64,000 nucleotides of DNA, taken from Syntrophales bacterium (lineage in GTDB: Bacteria; Desulfobacterota; Syntrophia; Syntrophales; PHBD01). The position numbers and the translations under genes were made by a program. Each line of letters opens with the position of its first letter. Position 1 is the stretch's first letter. The notes beneath the pieces were generated by a model. That model was not told the DNA's origin, searched no databases, and was given only the letters and a program-made list of their open reading frames with translations. Positions 40,406 through 50,402 of the stretch are shown here, piece by piece. The stretch is taken from the NCBI GenBank assembly GCA_963668175.1, contig OY764159.1, positions 3,200,001-3,264,000 on the forward strand, written 5' to 3'.

Positions 40406-41227
40406 ATGTTTGAAGTCGAACGATTAATCCGGATTATTGAAGAGATCGCCAAAGGGAACTACTCCAACGACATCATGCCCCTGACCACGGAGGACAATCC
40501 CGAGCCGGTCCGCATTGTCGCCGAAGCCATGGGAATGATGATGGTGAAGGTCGAAGCACGGGAATACGAACTCGAAAATATGGTGGAAAGACTCCGTGAA
40601 CTCAACGAACAGATAAGACAGAACACGATCAAGACCGTTTCGGCCATGGCCAATGCGCTCGCCGCGAGGGACGCCTATACGGAAGGTCACACGGCCCGCG
40701 TGGGGGAGATGGCCCACCGCATGGCGCTCAGGCTGGGGATGAGCGAAGAAGAAGCCGAATCGGTCCGGCTGGGAGGAATCCTCCACGACATAGGCAAGAT
40801 CGGCTTCTCCGATTTTCTCTTTCAGGCCCACGAAAGCCGGAACAACTCCCCCATGATCAGGGAGATCGTCCGTCATCCCGGCCTCGGTGCGGAAATCCTG
40901 AAAGACCTGGACTTTCTCGGTAATTCCCGTGAATATGTCCATTCCCACCATGAACGCCTCGACGGCAAAGGCTACCCCCGGAGACTCGCTGCCGAGGACA
41001 TCCCCCTGGGCGCCCGCATCCTGGCCGTAGCGGACAGCTACGACGCCATGACAACCGACAGGGTTTATCAGAAGGGACGTACGGCCGCTGTGGCACTCGG
41101 TCTCCTCCGGGAACACGCCGGCAAACGCTGGGATGTAACCTGCATCGATGCCCTTGAGGCTGAGCTTGAAGAAGCGGGCGTTCTTACCGCAAGGGACGAT
41201 AAAGTCGGCGATGCGGATGGGTCTTGA
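40406..41227 (+). CDS. HD-GYP phosphodiesterase with N-terminal HAMP-like segment
   Basis: ARDAYTEGH, LHDIGKIG, HHERLDGKGYP, VADSYDAMTTDR. Confidence 0.92.
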   Translation: MFEVERLIRIIEEIAKGNYSNDIMPLTTEDNPEPVRIVAEAMGMMMVKVEAREYELENMVERLRELNEQIRQNTIKTVSAMANALAARDAYTEGHTARVGEMAHRMALRLGMSEEEAESVRLGGILHDIGKIGFSDFLFQAHESRNNSPMIREIVRHPGLGAEILKDLDFLGNSREYVHSHHERLDGKGYPRRLAAEDIPLGARILAVADSYDAMTTDRVYQKGRTAAVALGLLREHAGKRWDVTCIDALEAELEEAGVLTARDDKVGDADGS

Positions 41228-41557
41228 CGAACGCCGATCCATTTGAGACATGACCGCGGACGTCGCGATTGCGACACGATCCCGCGCAGGTCGACCGGCG
41301 GATATCAGGGATGGTCTTTCCGTTTTCATCGTTTTATGCTCCGCGCCGTTTTCCTCACGTCCTGCGCCGTCACTTTTCCAACACCCGCGACAGCCTGCTT
41401 TCCGGCGAAATTCCAGCGGAAAATCGTGATCGGTAAGTCTATTTCAGAATGGATTTATTAGCTGATTCGTGTTATAAAATGGCTATGAATACCGCATGCG
41501 TCAAGATTTTCCGTAACCGAAAAGCCCGGCAAGAAGTCGGGATGGGTATGTAGATCG

Positions 41558-41590
41558 AAACCCCGTTTCTCTATCGAGAACGGGGTTTTT
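41558..41590 (+). terminator. Intrinsic terminator in the leader region of the dCache kinase gene
   Basis: AAACCCCGTTTCTC-TATC-GAGAACGGGGTTTTT. Confidence 0.75.
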
Positions 41591-41723
41591 GTTTGCCGGC
41601 GGAGACATGACCGCGGGACATACCGCGTATATTTCCGGCCCCGGCCTGCAGGCAGGCCGGGCAGTGTTCCGAAGAGAAGAACACTTTCTCGACGAAACTC
41701 ATCGGACTCTCAACGAGGTGCAT

Positions 41724-44700
41724 GTGAAGAACAAATTATGGGTGGGATTTCTGCTGATCCTCATCTGTTTCTGCACTTTCCTCTTCTCTTATGTCTATGA
41801 AGACGCCAAAAAGACCGCCATCGACGACCTGAACCAGAAGCAGATGTCCTATGCCCGGCAGGCCGGTATCGGGATCGAAGATTTTTTCAAGCAGTGGACA
41901 AACCAGCTGCTCTCCATAAGCCGCATGGATGACGTAGCAGAGCTGAACCGGACCGGCAGGAATTACCTTGCCTTCACCTATGAATTGAACAAAGACAACT
42001 TGATGACGGTCGTCCGCGTCGATGCCCGGGGAAAAGTCGTCTTTATCGCGCCGGCCGGCATCGAGGCCGTCGGGCAGGATATTTCCCAACGGCAGCACAT
42101 GAAGTATCTCATGGCGACCGGCCAGCCTGCCGTGAGCGAGGTCTTTAAATCCGTCGGGGGCTTCGACATGGTCGCCCTCCATGTCCCCGTTGTCAGGCAC
42201 GGCAAGTTCATGGGAACGATCGGCATCGGAATCAATTTCGAGAAACTTGCCGGGCGCTATCTCGAAGGCATCAAAATCGGCGAGACGGGTTATGCCTGGA
42301 TGATCAGCCGCGACGGCAAAGAGCTTTACTGTCCTGTGCCGGGCCATATGGGGAATTCCGTCTTCGACAACTGCCGGGACTATCCCGGGATCATCGCCAT
42401 GGCCCGCGAAATGGTCTTGGGGAGACAAGGCGTCACGACATACGTTTACGACCAAATCCGCGATCAACAGGTGGAGACGGTCCGGAAGCACGCGGTATAC
42501 ATGCCCATACGCATCGGCCAGACTTTCTGGTCCCTGGTGGTCGCCTCCTCGGAAGGAGAAGTCCTCGCGTCGCTCACGCGGTTCAGAAACAACCTGATCA
42601 TGATCATCGCTTTGATCCTAGTGGGCGGCGCCGTTTTTTCCTTTCTGGGCCTGAGAGGATGGTTCATTATCCGCGAGAGACACAAGCGCATGCAGACCGA
42701 ATCGGCCCTGCAGGAAAGCGAGGAACGCTTCCGGATGACCTTCTATATCAGCCCCGATGCGGCCGCGATCACCCGTCTGGAAGACGGCACGATCGTGGAT
42801 ATCAACGAAGGCTTCACCCGTCTCGCGGGTTATTCCCGGGAAGAGGCCGTCGGCAGGACATCCCGGGAACTCGGAATCTGGCGTAACCTGGAAGACCGGG
42901 ATAAACTGGCGCAGACTTTGACGGAGAGCGGTTATTGCGAAAACATGGAAGCCGATTTCGTGACCAAGGACGGAGCGGTCATGACGGCTCTCATCTCGGC
43001 GCGGATCATCCTCCTCGGCGGCGTACCCCACATGCTTTCCATCACCCGCGATGTCAGCGAACGCAAGAAGGCTGAAAACGCTTTACGGGAAAGCGAGGCA
43101 AGGCTGAAAGAGATCATCGAGTTTCTTCCCGACGCGACATTCGTCATCGACAAGGACCGAAAAGTCATCGCCTGGAACAGGGCCATCGAAGAAATGACAG
43201 GGGTCGGCAAAGAATTGATTCTCGGCAAGGGGGATTACGAATACGCAGTCCCGTTTTACGGCGAGCGCCGGCCGGTGCTTATCGATCTCGTCCTGTCCCC
43301 CCAGGAGTCGATGGAGAATTCGTATCGCAAGGTTTGGCGGCAGGGAGACTTGCTCATCGGCGAGGCTTATCTTCCCGACCTCAAAGGCAGGCCCGTTTAT
43401 CTCTTCAATACGGCCTCACCCTTATACGATATTTCCGGCGCCGTCATGGGGGCCATCGAGACGATCCGGGACATTACGGACCATCGGCTCATGGAAGAAG
43501 AACTCGCGTCCGAGCATGAACGGCTCGCCGCCATCCTTGACGGCATCCCGATACCGGCCTTTATGATCGACCGCGACCGGATCGTAACCCTCTGGAACCG
43601 GAGTATCGAACTTGTGACCGGAAAAGAGAGAAGCGAAATGATGGGCAGGGAACTGGACATGCACTTCCTTTTCAAGGGTGCGGCGCAAGAGCCGACGCTC
43701 GCCGAACTGGTCCTGAATTCCACGGACGAGGAGATCGTAAAATATCACGGTACAGGGACTATCCGCAAAAGCGATATTTTCCCGGGGGCATTCGAGAGCA
43801 GCGCGAGCATTTACCCCCATGGGGAAGAGAGGATCGTTTCCATTCAGGCTGCCCGGGTATATAACCGTAAGGGTGAGATCATCGGCACCGTTCAGACCGC
43901 ACAGGACATCACCGAGCGCATCAGGAACCAAAAGGAACAGGAAAAATTGCAGGCCCAGCTCATTCAGGCCCAGAAGATGGAGGCCGTCGGCACCCTCGCC
44001 GGAGGCATCGCCCATGACTTCAACAACATCCTGACGGGAATCATAGGCTATACGGAATTATACAAGGACAAGGTCCGCGAGCCGAAAGTCCATCACAGCA
44101 TGGAACAGGTCCTCAAGGCCGCCAACCGGGCCAAAGACCTGGTGGCGCAAATCCTGACGTTCAGCCGGAAAGCCGACCGGGAAAAGATGCCGGTTCTCCT
44201 TGGTCCCATCGTCAAGGAGGTCGTCAAGTTCATGCGTGCTTCGCTGCCCGCGACGATCGAGATTTCGTACGCAATAGAAACGGCGTCCGATGTTGTCATG
44301 GCTGACGCCACCCAGATGCATCAGGTGTTGATGAATCTCTGCACCAATGCCGGCCATGCCATGAAGGACACGGGCGGCCTGCTGTCGATCGAACTTAAGG
44401 AAGTGGCGATGGATGCGATGCACCTCATCCACCGCCCGGCATTGACGATCGGCCGCTACCTGGAATTGTCCGTCCGCGATACCGGACATGGCATTTCCCC
44501 GGGAAATCAGGAGAGGATCTTCGAACCTTACTTCACAACCAAACAGAAAGGCGAAGGCACGGGTCTGGGTCTCGCCGTGGTGCACGGAATCGTCAGGGAT
44601 CACGGCGGTGACATCAGGGTATACAGCGAGCCGGGCCGCGGGTCCATTTTCAGAATCCTCCTCCCCCTTATGGAAAGCGAAGTCGGAAGCGAACAGATAG

Positions 44701-45101
44701 TCGCAGAAACGCCCTCGGCCGGACAAGGCGAAACGATCCTCTTTATCGATGATGAGAAGATGGTCGTTGAACTGAGCAAAGAAGTCCTGGAAACCCTCGG
44801 TTACCGGGTGGTCGCAGAAACAGACCCCCGTAAAGCCGTTGAAGCTTTCGCAAACGAAAGCAATGCTTTCGACCTGGTCATCACCGATAAGACCATGCCT
44901 CATCTGACAGGCTTCGACGTGGCACGTGAGATCAAGAGAGTCCGACCGGACATTCCCGTCATCCTCTGTTCCGGCATCCAGGAAAAAGGGGACATGGACA
45001 AGCTCTCAACCCTGGGCGTCAGCCGGTTGATCAAGAAACCCGCCGCCATGAACGAACTGGCCCGGGCTATCCGCGAAATCCTGGAAACGGAAAAGAGATA
45101 A
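41724..45101 (+). CDS. Membrane hybrid histidine kinase (dCache, 3 PAS, HisKA, HATPase, REC)
   Basis: Two TM, GETGYAW Cache motif, GGIAHDFNN, YFTTK, GTGLGL, LVITDKTMP; start GTG 41724 or ATG 41607. Confidence 0.93.
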   Translation: MKNKLWVGFLLILICFCTFLFSYVYEDAKKTAIDDLNQKQMSYARQAGIGIEDFFKQWTNQLLSISRMDDVAELNRTGRNYLAFTYELNKDNLMTVVRVDARGKVVFIAPAGIEAVGQDISQRQHMKYLMATGQPAVSEVFKSVGGFDMVALHVPVVRHGKFMGTIGIGINFEKLAGRYLEGIKIGETGYAWMISRDGKELYCPVPGHMGNSVFDNCRDYPGIIAMAREMVLGRQGVTTYVYDQIRDQQVETVRKHAVYMPIRIGQTFWSLVVASSEGEVLASLTRFRNNLIMIIALILVGGAVFSFLGLRGWFIIRERHKRMQTESALQESEERFRMTFYISPDAAAITRLEDGTIVDINEGFTRLAGYSREEAVGRTSRELGIWRNLEDRDKLAQTLTESGYCENMEADFVTKDGAVMTALISARIILLGGVPHMLSITRDVSERKKAENALRESEARLKEIIEFLPDATFVIDKDRKVIAWNRAIEEMTGVGKELILGKGDYEYAVPFYGERRPVLIDLVLSPQESMENSYRKVWRQGDLLIGEAYLPDLKGRPVYLFNTASPLYDISGAVMGAIETIRDITDHRLMEEELASEHERLAAILDGIPIPAFMIDRDRIVTLWNRSIELVTGKERSEMMGRELDMHFLFKGAAQEPTLAELVLNSTDEEIVKYHGTGTIRKSDIFPGAFESSASIYPHGEERIVSIQAARVYNRKGEIIGTVQTAQDITERIRNQKEQEKLQAQLIQAQKMEAVGTLAGGIAHDFNNILTGIIGYTELYKDKVREPKVHHSMEQVLKAANRAKDLVAQILTFSRKADREKMPVLLGPIVKEVVKFMRASLPATIEISYAIETASDVVMADATQMHQVLMNLCTNAGHAMKDTGGLLSIELKEVAMDAMHLIHRPALTIGRYLELSVRDTGHGISPGNQERIFEPYFTTKQKGEGTGLGLAVVHGIVRDHGGDIRVYSEPGRGSIFRILLPLMESEVGSEQIVAETPSAGQGETILFIDDEKMVVELSKEVLETLGYRVVAETDPRKAVEAFANESNAFDLVITDKTMPHLTGFDVAREIKRVRPDIPVILCSGIQEKGDMDKLSTLGVSRLIKKPAAMNELARAIREILETEKR

Positions 45102-45436
45102 GTCTCTTTATCCGTATGCCGTTCTTGAACGCCCACAGTTTCATAAACCCCAAAATCCTCCAGCTTATCCATTCCTCCCTGGTCCCGAGACGGCTTGTTT
45201 CCCCGTCCGTATTCATCGCTGATGCATTCAAAATCCGTTGATCGGCCCGTACATGATTTTAAATCAGGGTTATCGGCCGTCCGGCGATCCTGCGGCGGGA
45301 CTCCGCATCGCTATCCGTATAGACTAAATGGAATTATTATCATTTATTTATTTTGACTTCTTCATATTCATGCTATACATTTTTCACCGAATCCAATTTC
45401 CTCCGAGAACGAGGTTATACGAAAGGAGACGACACT

Positions 45437-46042
45437 ATGATCTACAGACGCGCCCGGAACAGGATACTGCTTATCGTGTCATTCACATTGCTGCTGATCT
45501 GCGTTTCCACCGGAGTCGGCCTTGCCGAAGACCAGCCGGTCAAGACGCTGAAGGGTTACGTTACGTTCGGCGGCGGCGGAAGCGGTGGAGACGCCAAGGC
45601 CACAAACATGCGCCTTGAGGGCGGCGTCTACAGCGTAAACAAGACCGTTAACGTACTCTTCGGCCTCGGCATCCCGTTCACAGTGAACAGAGACGAAACC
45701 CCTTCGGGATTGCTGGATTACCCCGTGCCCCATAATCATTTCACCGACCTGGGCACGAAGCGTAAGGGAGAGGAAGTCGGTCTTTACGGTAAATTCGGTA
45801 TCGCCCCGATAAAGAATTTCGGATTGTTTCTTTTCGGGATCGGCGGATTCACCACCGGACGGGAGATAGATCTCGCCCAATCGAACATCACGGGTTGGTA
45901 TTACACGCAGGAGGAGACAACCAAGACCTACGGGCTTTATGGCGGGGGAATCGGCTATTTCCCGCTCCAGGGCCATTTCACGGTCCATGCCCAGTACGAC
46001 AACCGGATGGGCATAACGGGCAGCCTCGGTTTCGCCTGGTGA
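45437..46042 (+). CDS. Small outer-membrane beta-barrel protein
   Basis: Signal peptide, Gly/Tyr/Phe-rich alternating strands, C-terminal ITGSLGFAW; AAGGAG RBS. Confidence 0.7.
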   Translation: MIYRRARNRILLIVSFTLLLICVSTGVGLAEDQPVKTLKGYVTFGGGGSGGDAKATNMRLEGGVYSVNKTVNVLFGLGIPFTVNRDETPSGLLDYPVPHNHFTDLGTKRKGEEVGLYGKFGIAPIKNFGLFLFGIGGFTTGREIDLAQSNITGWYYTQEETTKTYGLYGGGIGYFPLQGHFTVHAQYDNRMGITGSLGFAW

Positions 46043-46102
46043 GGGAATTAATCTGGATCAAAAGATAGGTATGCCAAATCACAATTGACAGGAAGGATTG
46101 TG

Positions 46103-49100
46103 ATGCGAATGTTTACTACGTTGGAGCGAAAAGTTCTTTTAATCATTATAATTCATCTTCTGGTCTTGTTCAGTATTACATCCTATGCTGGGACAGAAGA
46201 ACGCCTAGAACTCCATTTTACCTATACATGGCTTGATTTCAGTTTGAAAGATGGATCCTTAACGCTCAGCTCCTATGGATTTGACGAGCCGATAAAAAAT
46301 GATTGGGAGTTGAAAGCGGTTGGCGTCGACAGCCAGGAGCAGGGGCTCTATCATCTGCGCCGCAGGACATGGAAGGGTTTTTTTCTCAGTGCGGATACCG
46401 TCAAGCATCAAGTATATAAAGTTGTCGGAAAAGATGAAGCCTTTGGGCAAGCAAATAAACAGGGAACAGCTATTGAAGGCTGCTCCGGCTCATTCTTCAG
46501 ATATACAAATGAGATTCGGACATTCAAGTTCTTTTGTAAAACCTCATCCATTGTTTACACCCCACATGACGGCAACATGCAGTTTATGGCCGGCGGCGTT
46601 CCCATCCTGGACAAGGACGGCCTGGAAATCAAACACCTAAGCTCTGAAGGGGGAGATAATTATCAAATCCGCTATAGACAATGGGATAAAAAGTTCTGGC
46701 AGGTCAATCCGGAGGCGGATACTGCCGTGTGGTGGGCAAATGCAGGTACTTTCGGCGTCCTAGTTGGTAACAGAAAGAAACTGTCCGGAGCAGTGGTGAA
46801 ATCTAACATTTTGCAGGGAGACTCCAATGGGTTTGTGGACCAGGGATTCCTGGACGTAAATGAAACAAGTGGTCCCAGATCTGAATGGATAGAATCACGG
46901 AAAAGACTTTACCGCGATATCCTGAAAAACGGAAGTTATGACATTCTTGTCGTGCCTTTTCAAATCCAGGGATACGCCGTTGACCGTCCCGGCCGGTCGC
47001 TTATGACCCGATATCTCGCCGATCGTATCGCCAAGGCCACAGACGCCAGGATTCCGGATGCCACGCTTGTAGCGAGAGCCTTCGGCGAAAACTCACGGAT
47101 GATCGATGAAGCGGATATTTACAGCCTTGCCAATGAATTGAAGGTGAAGACGGTGATCAGGGGTTATGTCGGCCATCACCGTAACGAAAAGATGAAGCTG
47201 ACACTCCTGGTTCAGAAAAATGACGGAGAGAAGTTCACCCCAGCCACGAAGACCGTCCGTCTGGATTGGAAAGGTATTCCGTTTTCCGACGAGCATCCTC
47301 CCGAGGTAGCATTTCAAGATATCATCGAAGAAGTCATACCAAAACTCACCCTGGATATAAAGGGGAAGCGTTCCATGCCTGTCCTGAAAGAAGAGGGCAA
47401 CATCGCTCTTCCGGTGAGCGTGACGGCGCTTACGGCGGCACGAGGAATCTCCCCACACACAAATGCCGCATACCTCCAACTGCTGGGCCTTCTCTTCCCG
47501 ATAGATACGACCGACAAAGAACACCTCTTTGAACGCTCGCTTACCGCATTGACAGACCTTTCGCCGCAATCGAGCGATTATGCGCTTATCAAGGCGAGGG
47601 CCCTCTTCTATCTGCACCGGCGTCCGGCCGCCCTGGCGGCCCTCGGAACACCGACGACGCCTGAAGGAAAAGCGTTCATGGGGCTTTTGAACGGCAATCT
47701 CCCGGAGATGAAGGAATGGGTTCAAAATATCAAATCGCCCATCGGGAAGCTCATGGCCCAGATCGAGCTGTTCGATCTCCGGACCTCATACAAAGAACGG
47801 GTGACAGAGGCTGACTATCTCAACATCGCCAAGGAGTTTCCAGGCTGGGAAGAGATCGTCATGCGCCGCCTGCTGGAGAACGACGGCTGGTATACGGAAT
47901 CGAATCTGGTTGTCAAACAGGCGATGGACAAGTCCTTCCCGATCCCGGGTTTTACAGCCGACGACCTCGTCGGCCGCAGAAAGGCCCTGGGCGCGTCAGA
48001 GGCATCATTCACTGAAGACGAGTTGTCTGCCGTCCGTCATTATCAGCGTTACTTGTCGAACCACAAAAAAGAGATTGCCGATCTGTCGGGAAACGCCGCT
48101 TTGACGAATTGGGACCATCTCGATTTTCTTTATGCCGTTAGTGAAGCCAACCTGCTCAAAGGAATAACTATAGATCTTGATATGAGGGGCATCTATGAAA
48201 GCGCTCTCAGAAAAGCGGCGAGTTATGAAAGCGCTTACCGGGGGCATGCGGGCATGACGTTTCTCAAAGGCAGAGCATTGGCGGGGGTCGCGTCGGAAAA
48301 AAGCGAAAAATACCGTATGTTCATGGACGAAAGCCAAAAAATCCTTCATGGAGCCTACTGGTGGTCGGGCGGTCAGATAAACATACGCGTTCCTTACACT
48401 TTTTCCTGGTATGATTCGGATTATCCCCAACGACCGCATGAGTGGATGACAGGAAGAAAAGACCGGCTGACGTTGAAAGGCGATAAGATATTCGATAACT
48501 ACAAGGTCACGCAGGCAGTTCCCAACGATTCATTCCTCATCGAATTAATGAGGACATCGCTGGCATTAAAATATACGCACGACCAGTTCTGGCCCTTTGA
48601 AAGTTATCACCGAAGCATTTCCTTGCTCAAGACGAAAAAAGAGTATTCCGAAATCCTTTTTGAGGAGAACAAGAACCGCTTCGCGGGCAATCCCGACCAT
48701 CTCCGTTTTTTCACCAAACTGAATTCGGTGTCGGGTGATTCCCTCCAGAAAATCAGCGCCCTCGAAAACGCCATCGCCAAAGCCCCCGATATCTGGGCAT
48801 CGTATGAGGAACTGGGCAAATATTATATAAGCCAGGGCGACTTTAAGAAAGCGCAAGCCACTTTTTTAAGCTATCCGCTTTTCAAGAATCCCAGGAACAA
48901 CTATCGGGTGGAGATGTCCAATTATGCGGCGAATGCCGCTGCTGCCCTCTGGTTGCCTGGAGTAATCGAGGAATCGGTCCCATTATTGGAAATTGCGGCC
49001 AATTCGGACACCTACTCCGCTGCTGAACTGATGAGTTCCGCGGTCCTGGCATTGATCAAAGAAGATTATCTCCGCGCGGCAGCTTATAATCAACAACTGA

Positions 49101-50122
49101 TTAAACGATATGATACGGCCCAGGGTTATGTGCATTATCTTTCTCTCTTGCACATACTGGGTTTTCATAAAGAGGCATGGTCCATTTTCAATATAATGGA
49201 TATCCAGTACAAATCTCCGTTTGTATGGACGCCGGCCTTCATCGGCCACCGTATGGCAGCCAAGACCAGCCATGAGGTTTTTCAGTGGCTTAATCATGAC
49301 CATATAAAGAAAGTGAGTTCGGAAAACCGCATCCGATACGTCATGCTGTATGGTTTGACGGATCGGCCACCCGATCGTGGCTTGCCAGCGATGATCGAAA
49401 AAGTCGGACGTGTAAATCCAAGATTGGATGTTCGGGGGGATATAAAGTACCAGATCAAGTTCGCGGAGGGTTACAATGCGATGACCAGAGGCGAATATGT
49501 GAATGCATACGATTTGCTAAACAAGGCGGGGATCAACCCTTCCGATAGAGCATCCATTTGGCCCTATTATGTCCGAATCGGCATGAAATGTGATAAGAAA
49601 CAGGAAGTGGATCAATTTATGAAGTCGCTACAGAATCCGGAGAAGGCAGTCGCTTTCCAAAATTTGGCATCAGCGTTCTACCATGGTCTCCAGGGACGGC
49701 ATCAGGAGGCGATTCAGAATCTGAACCAGGCGCGATATAATGTGCCCTCCACGATGTTCCAGCCCTTATACCCGTGGTATCAACTTATCGAGACATGCGA
49801 GCTTCTATACAAAGATACGAGCCATGAGCCATACCGGGCGCTTGCCGTCGAATGGGCGCAAATTCATCAGAGACTTCAACCCTGGTTCGCCTGGGCCTAT
49901 GCCGTAGAGGCAAAGTATACAAAATCCGACACGGACCGGGTCAGGGCTCTGGCGCTCGCGCTATACCTGGACAAGAATTCGGAACGCATTTCCGGATTTA
50001 CCAAAGCCGAAAAGGCTACAGCGCTTAAGTGGCTGGAAAAGAACAATCCGTTTCTAAAAGATAATATAAAGATAAAGCAGCAGGCTTCGGGGGTTCAATC
50101 GACCTACGCCCTGGCACCCTAA
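46103..50122 (+). CDS. Large exported hypothetical protein with tandem N-terminal beta domains and TPR-like helical region
   Basis: 1345-codon ORF, signal peptide ending TSYA, TPR-like LENAIAKAPDIWASYEELGKYYISQGDFKKA; start may be 46085, 46103 or 46109. Confidence 0.8.
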   Translation: MRMFTTLERKVLLIIIIHLLVLFSITSYAGTEERLELHFTYTWLDFSLKDGSLTLSSYGFDEPIKNDWELKAVGVDSQEQGLYHLRRRTWKGFFLSADTVKHQVYKVVGKDEAFGQANKQGTAIEGCSGSFFRYTNEIRTFKFFCKTSSIVYTPHDGNMQFMAGGVPILDKDGLEIKHLSSEGGDNYQIRYRQWDKKFWQVNPEADTAVWWANAGTFGVLVGNRKKLSGAVVKSNILQGDSNGFVDQGFLDVNETSGPRSEWIESRKRLYRDILKNGSYDILVVPFQIQGYAVDRPGRSLMTRYLADRIAKATDARIPDATLVARAFGENSRMIDEADIYSLANELKVKTVIRGYVGHHRNEKMKLTLLVQKNDGEKFTPATKTVRLDWKGIPFSDEHPPEVAFQDIIEEVIPKLTLDIKGKRSMPVLKEEGNIALPVSVTALTAARGISPHTNAAYLQLLGLLFPIDTTDKEHLFERSLTALTDLSPQSSDYALIKARALFYLHRRPAALAALGTPTTPEGKAFMGLLNGNLPEMKEWVQNIKSPIGKLMAQIELFDLRTSYKERVTEADYLNIAKEFPGWEEIVMRRLLENDGWYTESNLVVKQAMDKSFPIPGFTADDLVGRRKALGASEASFTEDELSAVRHYQRYLSNHKKEIADLSGNAALTNWDHLDFLYAVSEANLLKGITIDLDMRGIYESALRKAASYESAYRGHAGMTFLKGRALAGVASEKSEKYRMFMDESQKILHGAYWWSGGQINIRVPYTFSWYDSDYPQRPHEWMTGRKDRLTLKGDKIFDNYKVTQAVPNDSFLIELMRTSLALKYTHDQFWPFESYHRSISLLKTKKEYSEILFEENKNRFAGNPDHLRFFTKLNSVSGDSLQKISALENAIAKAPDIWASYEELGKYYISQGDFKKAQATFLSYPLFKNPRNNYRVEMSNYAANAAAALWLPGVIEESVPLLEIAANSDTYSAAELMSSAVLALIKEDYLRAAAYNQQLIKRYDTAQGYVHYLSLLHILGFHKEAWSIFNIMDIQYKSPFVWTPAFIGHRMAAKTSHEVFQWLNHDHIKKVSSENRIRYVMLYGLTDRPPDRGLPAMIEKVGRVNPRLDVRGDIKYQIKFAEGYNAMTRGEYVNAYDLLNKAGINPSDRASIWPYYVRIGMKCDKKQEVDQFMKSLQNPEKAVAFQNLASAFYHGLQGRHQEAIQNLNQARYNVPSTMFQPLYPWYQLIETCELLYKDTSHEPYRALAVEWAQIHQRLQPWFAWAYAVEAKYTKSDTDRVRALALALYLDKNSERISGFTKAEKATALKWLEKNNPFLKDNIKIKQQASGVQSTYALAP

Positions 50123-50191
50123 GCAGGAAAATCTTTGACAAATAATGTATTTTGTGTTTTTATCAGATTATCTGATCAATCAGGAAGAGCT

Positions 50192-50290
50192 ATGAACGTC
50201 CTTACAATAACCCTAAGAATCGCAGGCAAGAAGCAGGGAGTCAAGCGCATGGGGCTGCCCATCGCTTTAAGGACGTGTATGCATCCATAA
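50192..50290 (+). CDS. Putative dapA leader peptide (32 aa)
   Basis: AGGA-like RBS; MNVLTITLRIAGKKQGVKRMGLPIALRTCMHP*; overlaps the antiterminator strand. Confidence 0.6.
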   Translation: MNVLTITLRIAGKKQGVKRMGLPIALRTCMHP

Positions 50291-50310
50291 CCTCGCAGAC
50301 AGTCTCCTTG

Positions 50311-50340
50311 AAGCCATGGGCACGCCCCATGGCTTTTTTT
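50311..50340 (+). terminator. Attenuator terminator upstream of dapA
   Basis: AAGCCATGGG-CACGC-CCCATGGCTT followed by a T run. Confidence 0.85.
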
Positions 50341-50402
50341 ATGCCCGGAAATCGAAATTCAACCCCAAAATCCATTACAAACTGAAATAGAAAGGAAAAC
50401 TT

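Noticed and set aside
50130..50400. Lysine riboswitch upstream of dapA
   Set aside because: No AGAGG(U/C)GC-type conserved core or five-way junction visible; a uORF plus antiterminator fits better.
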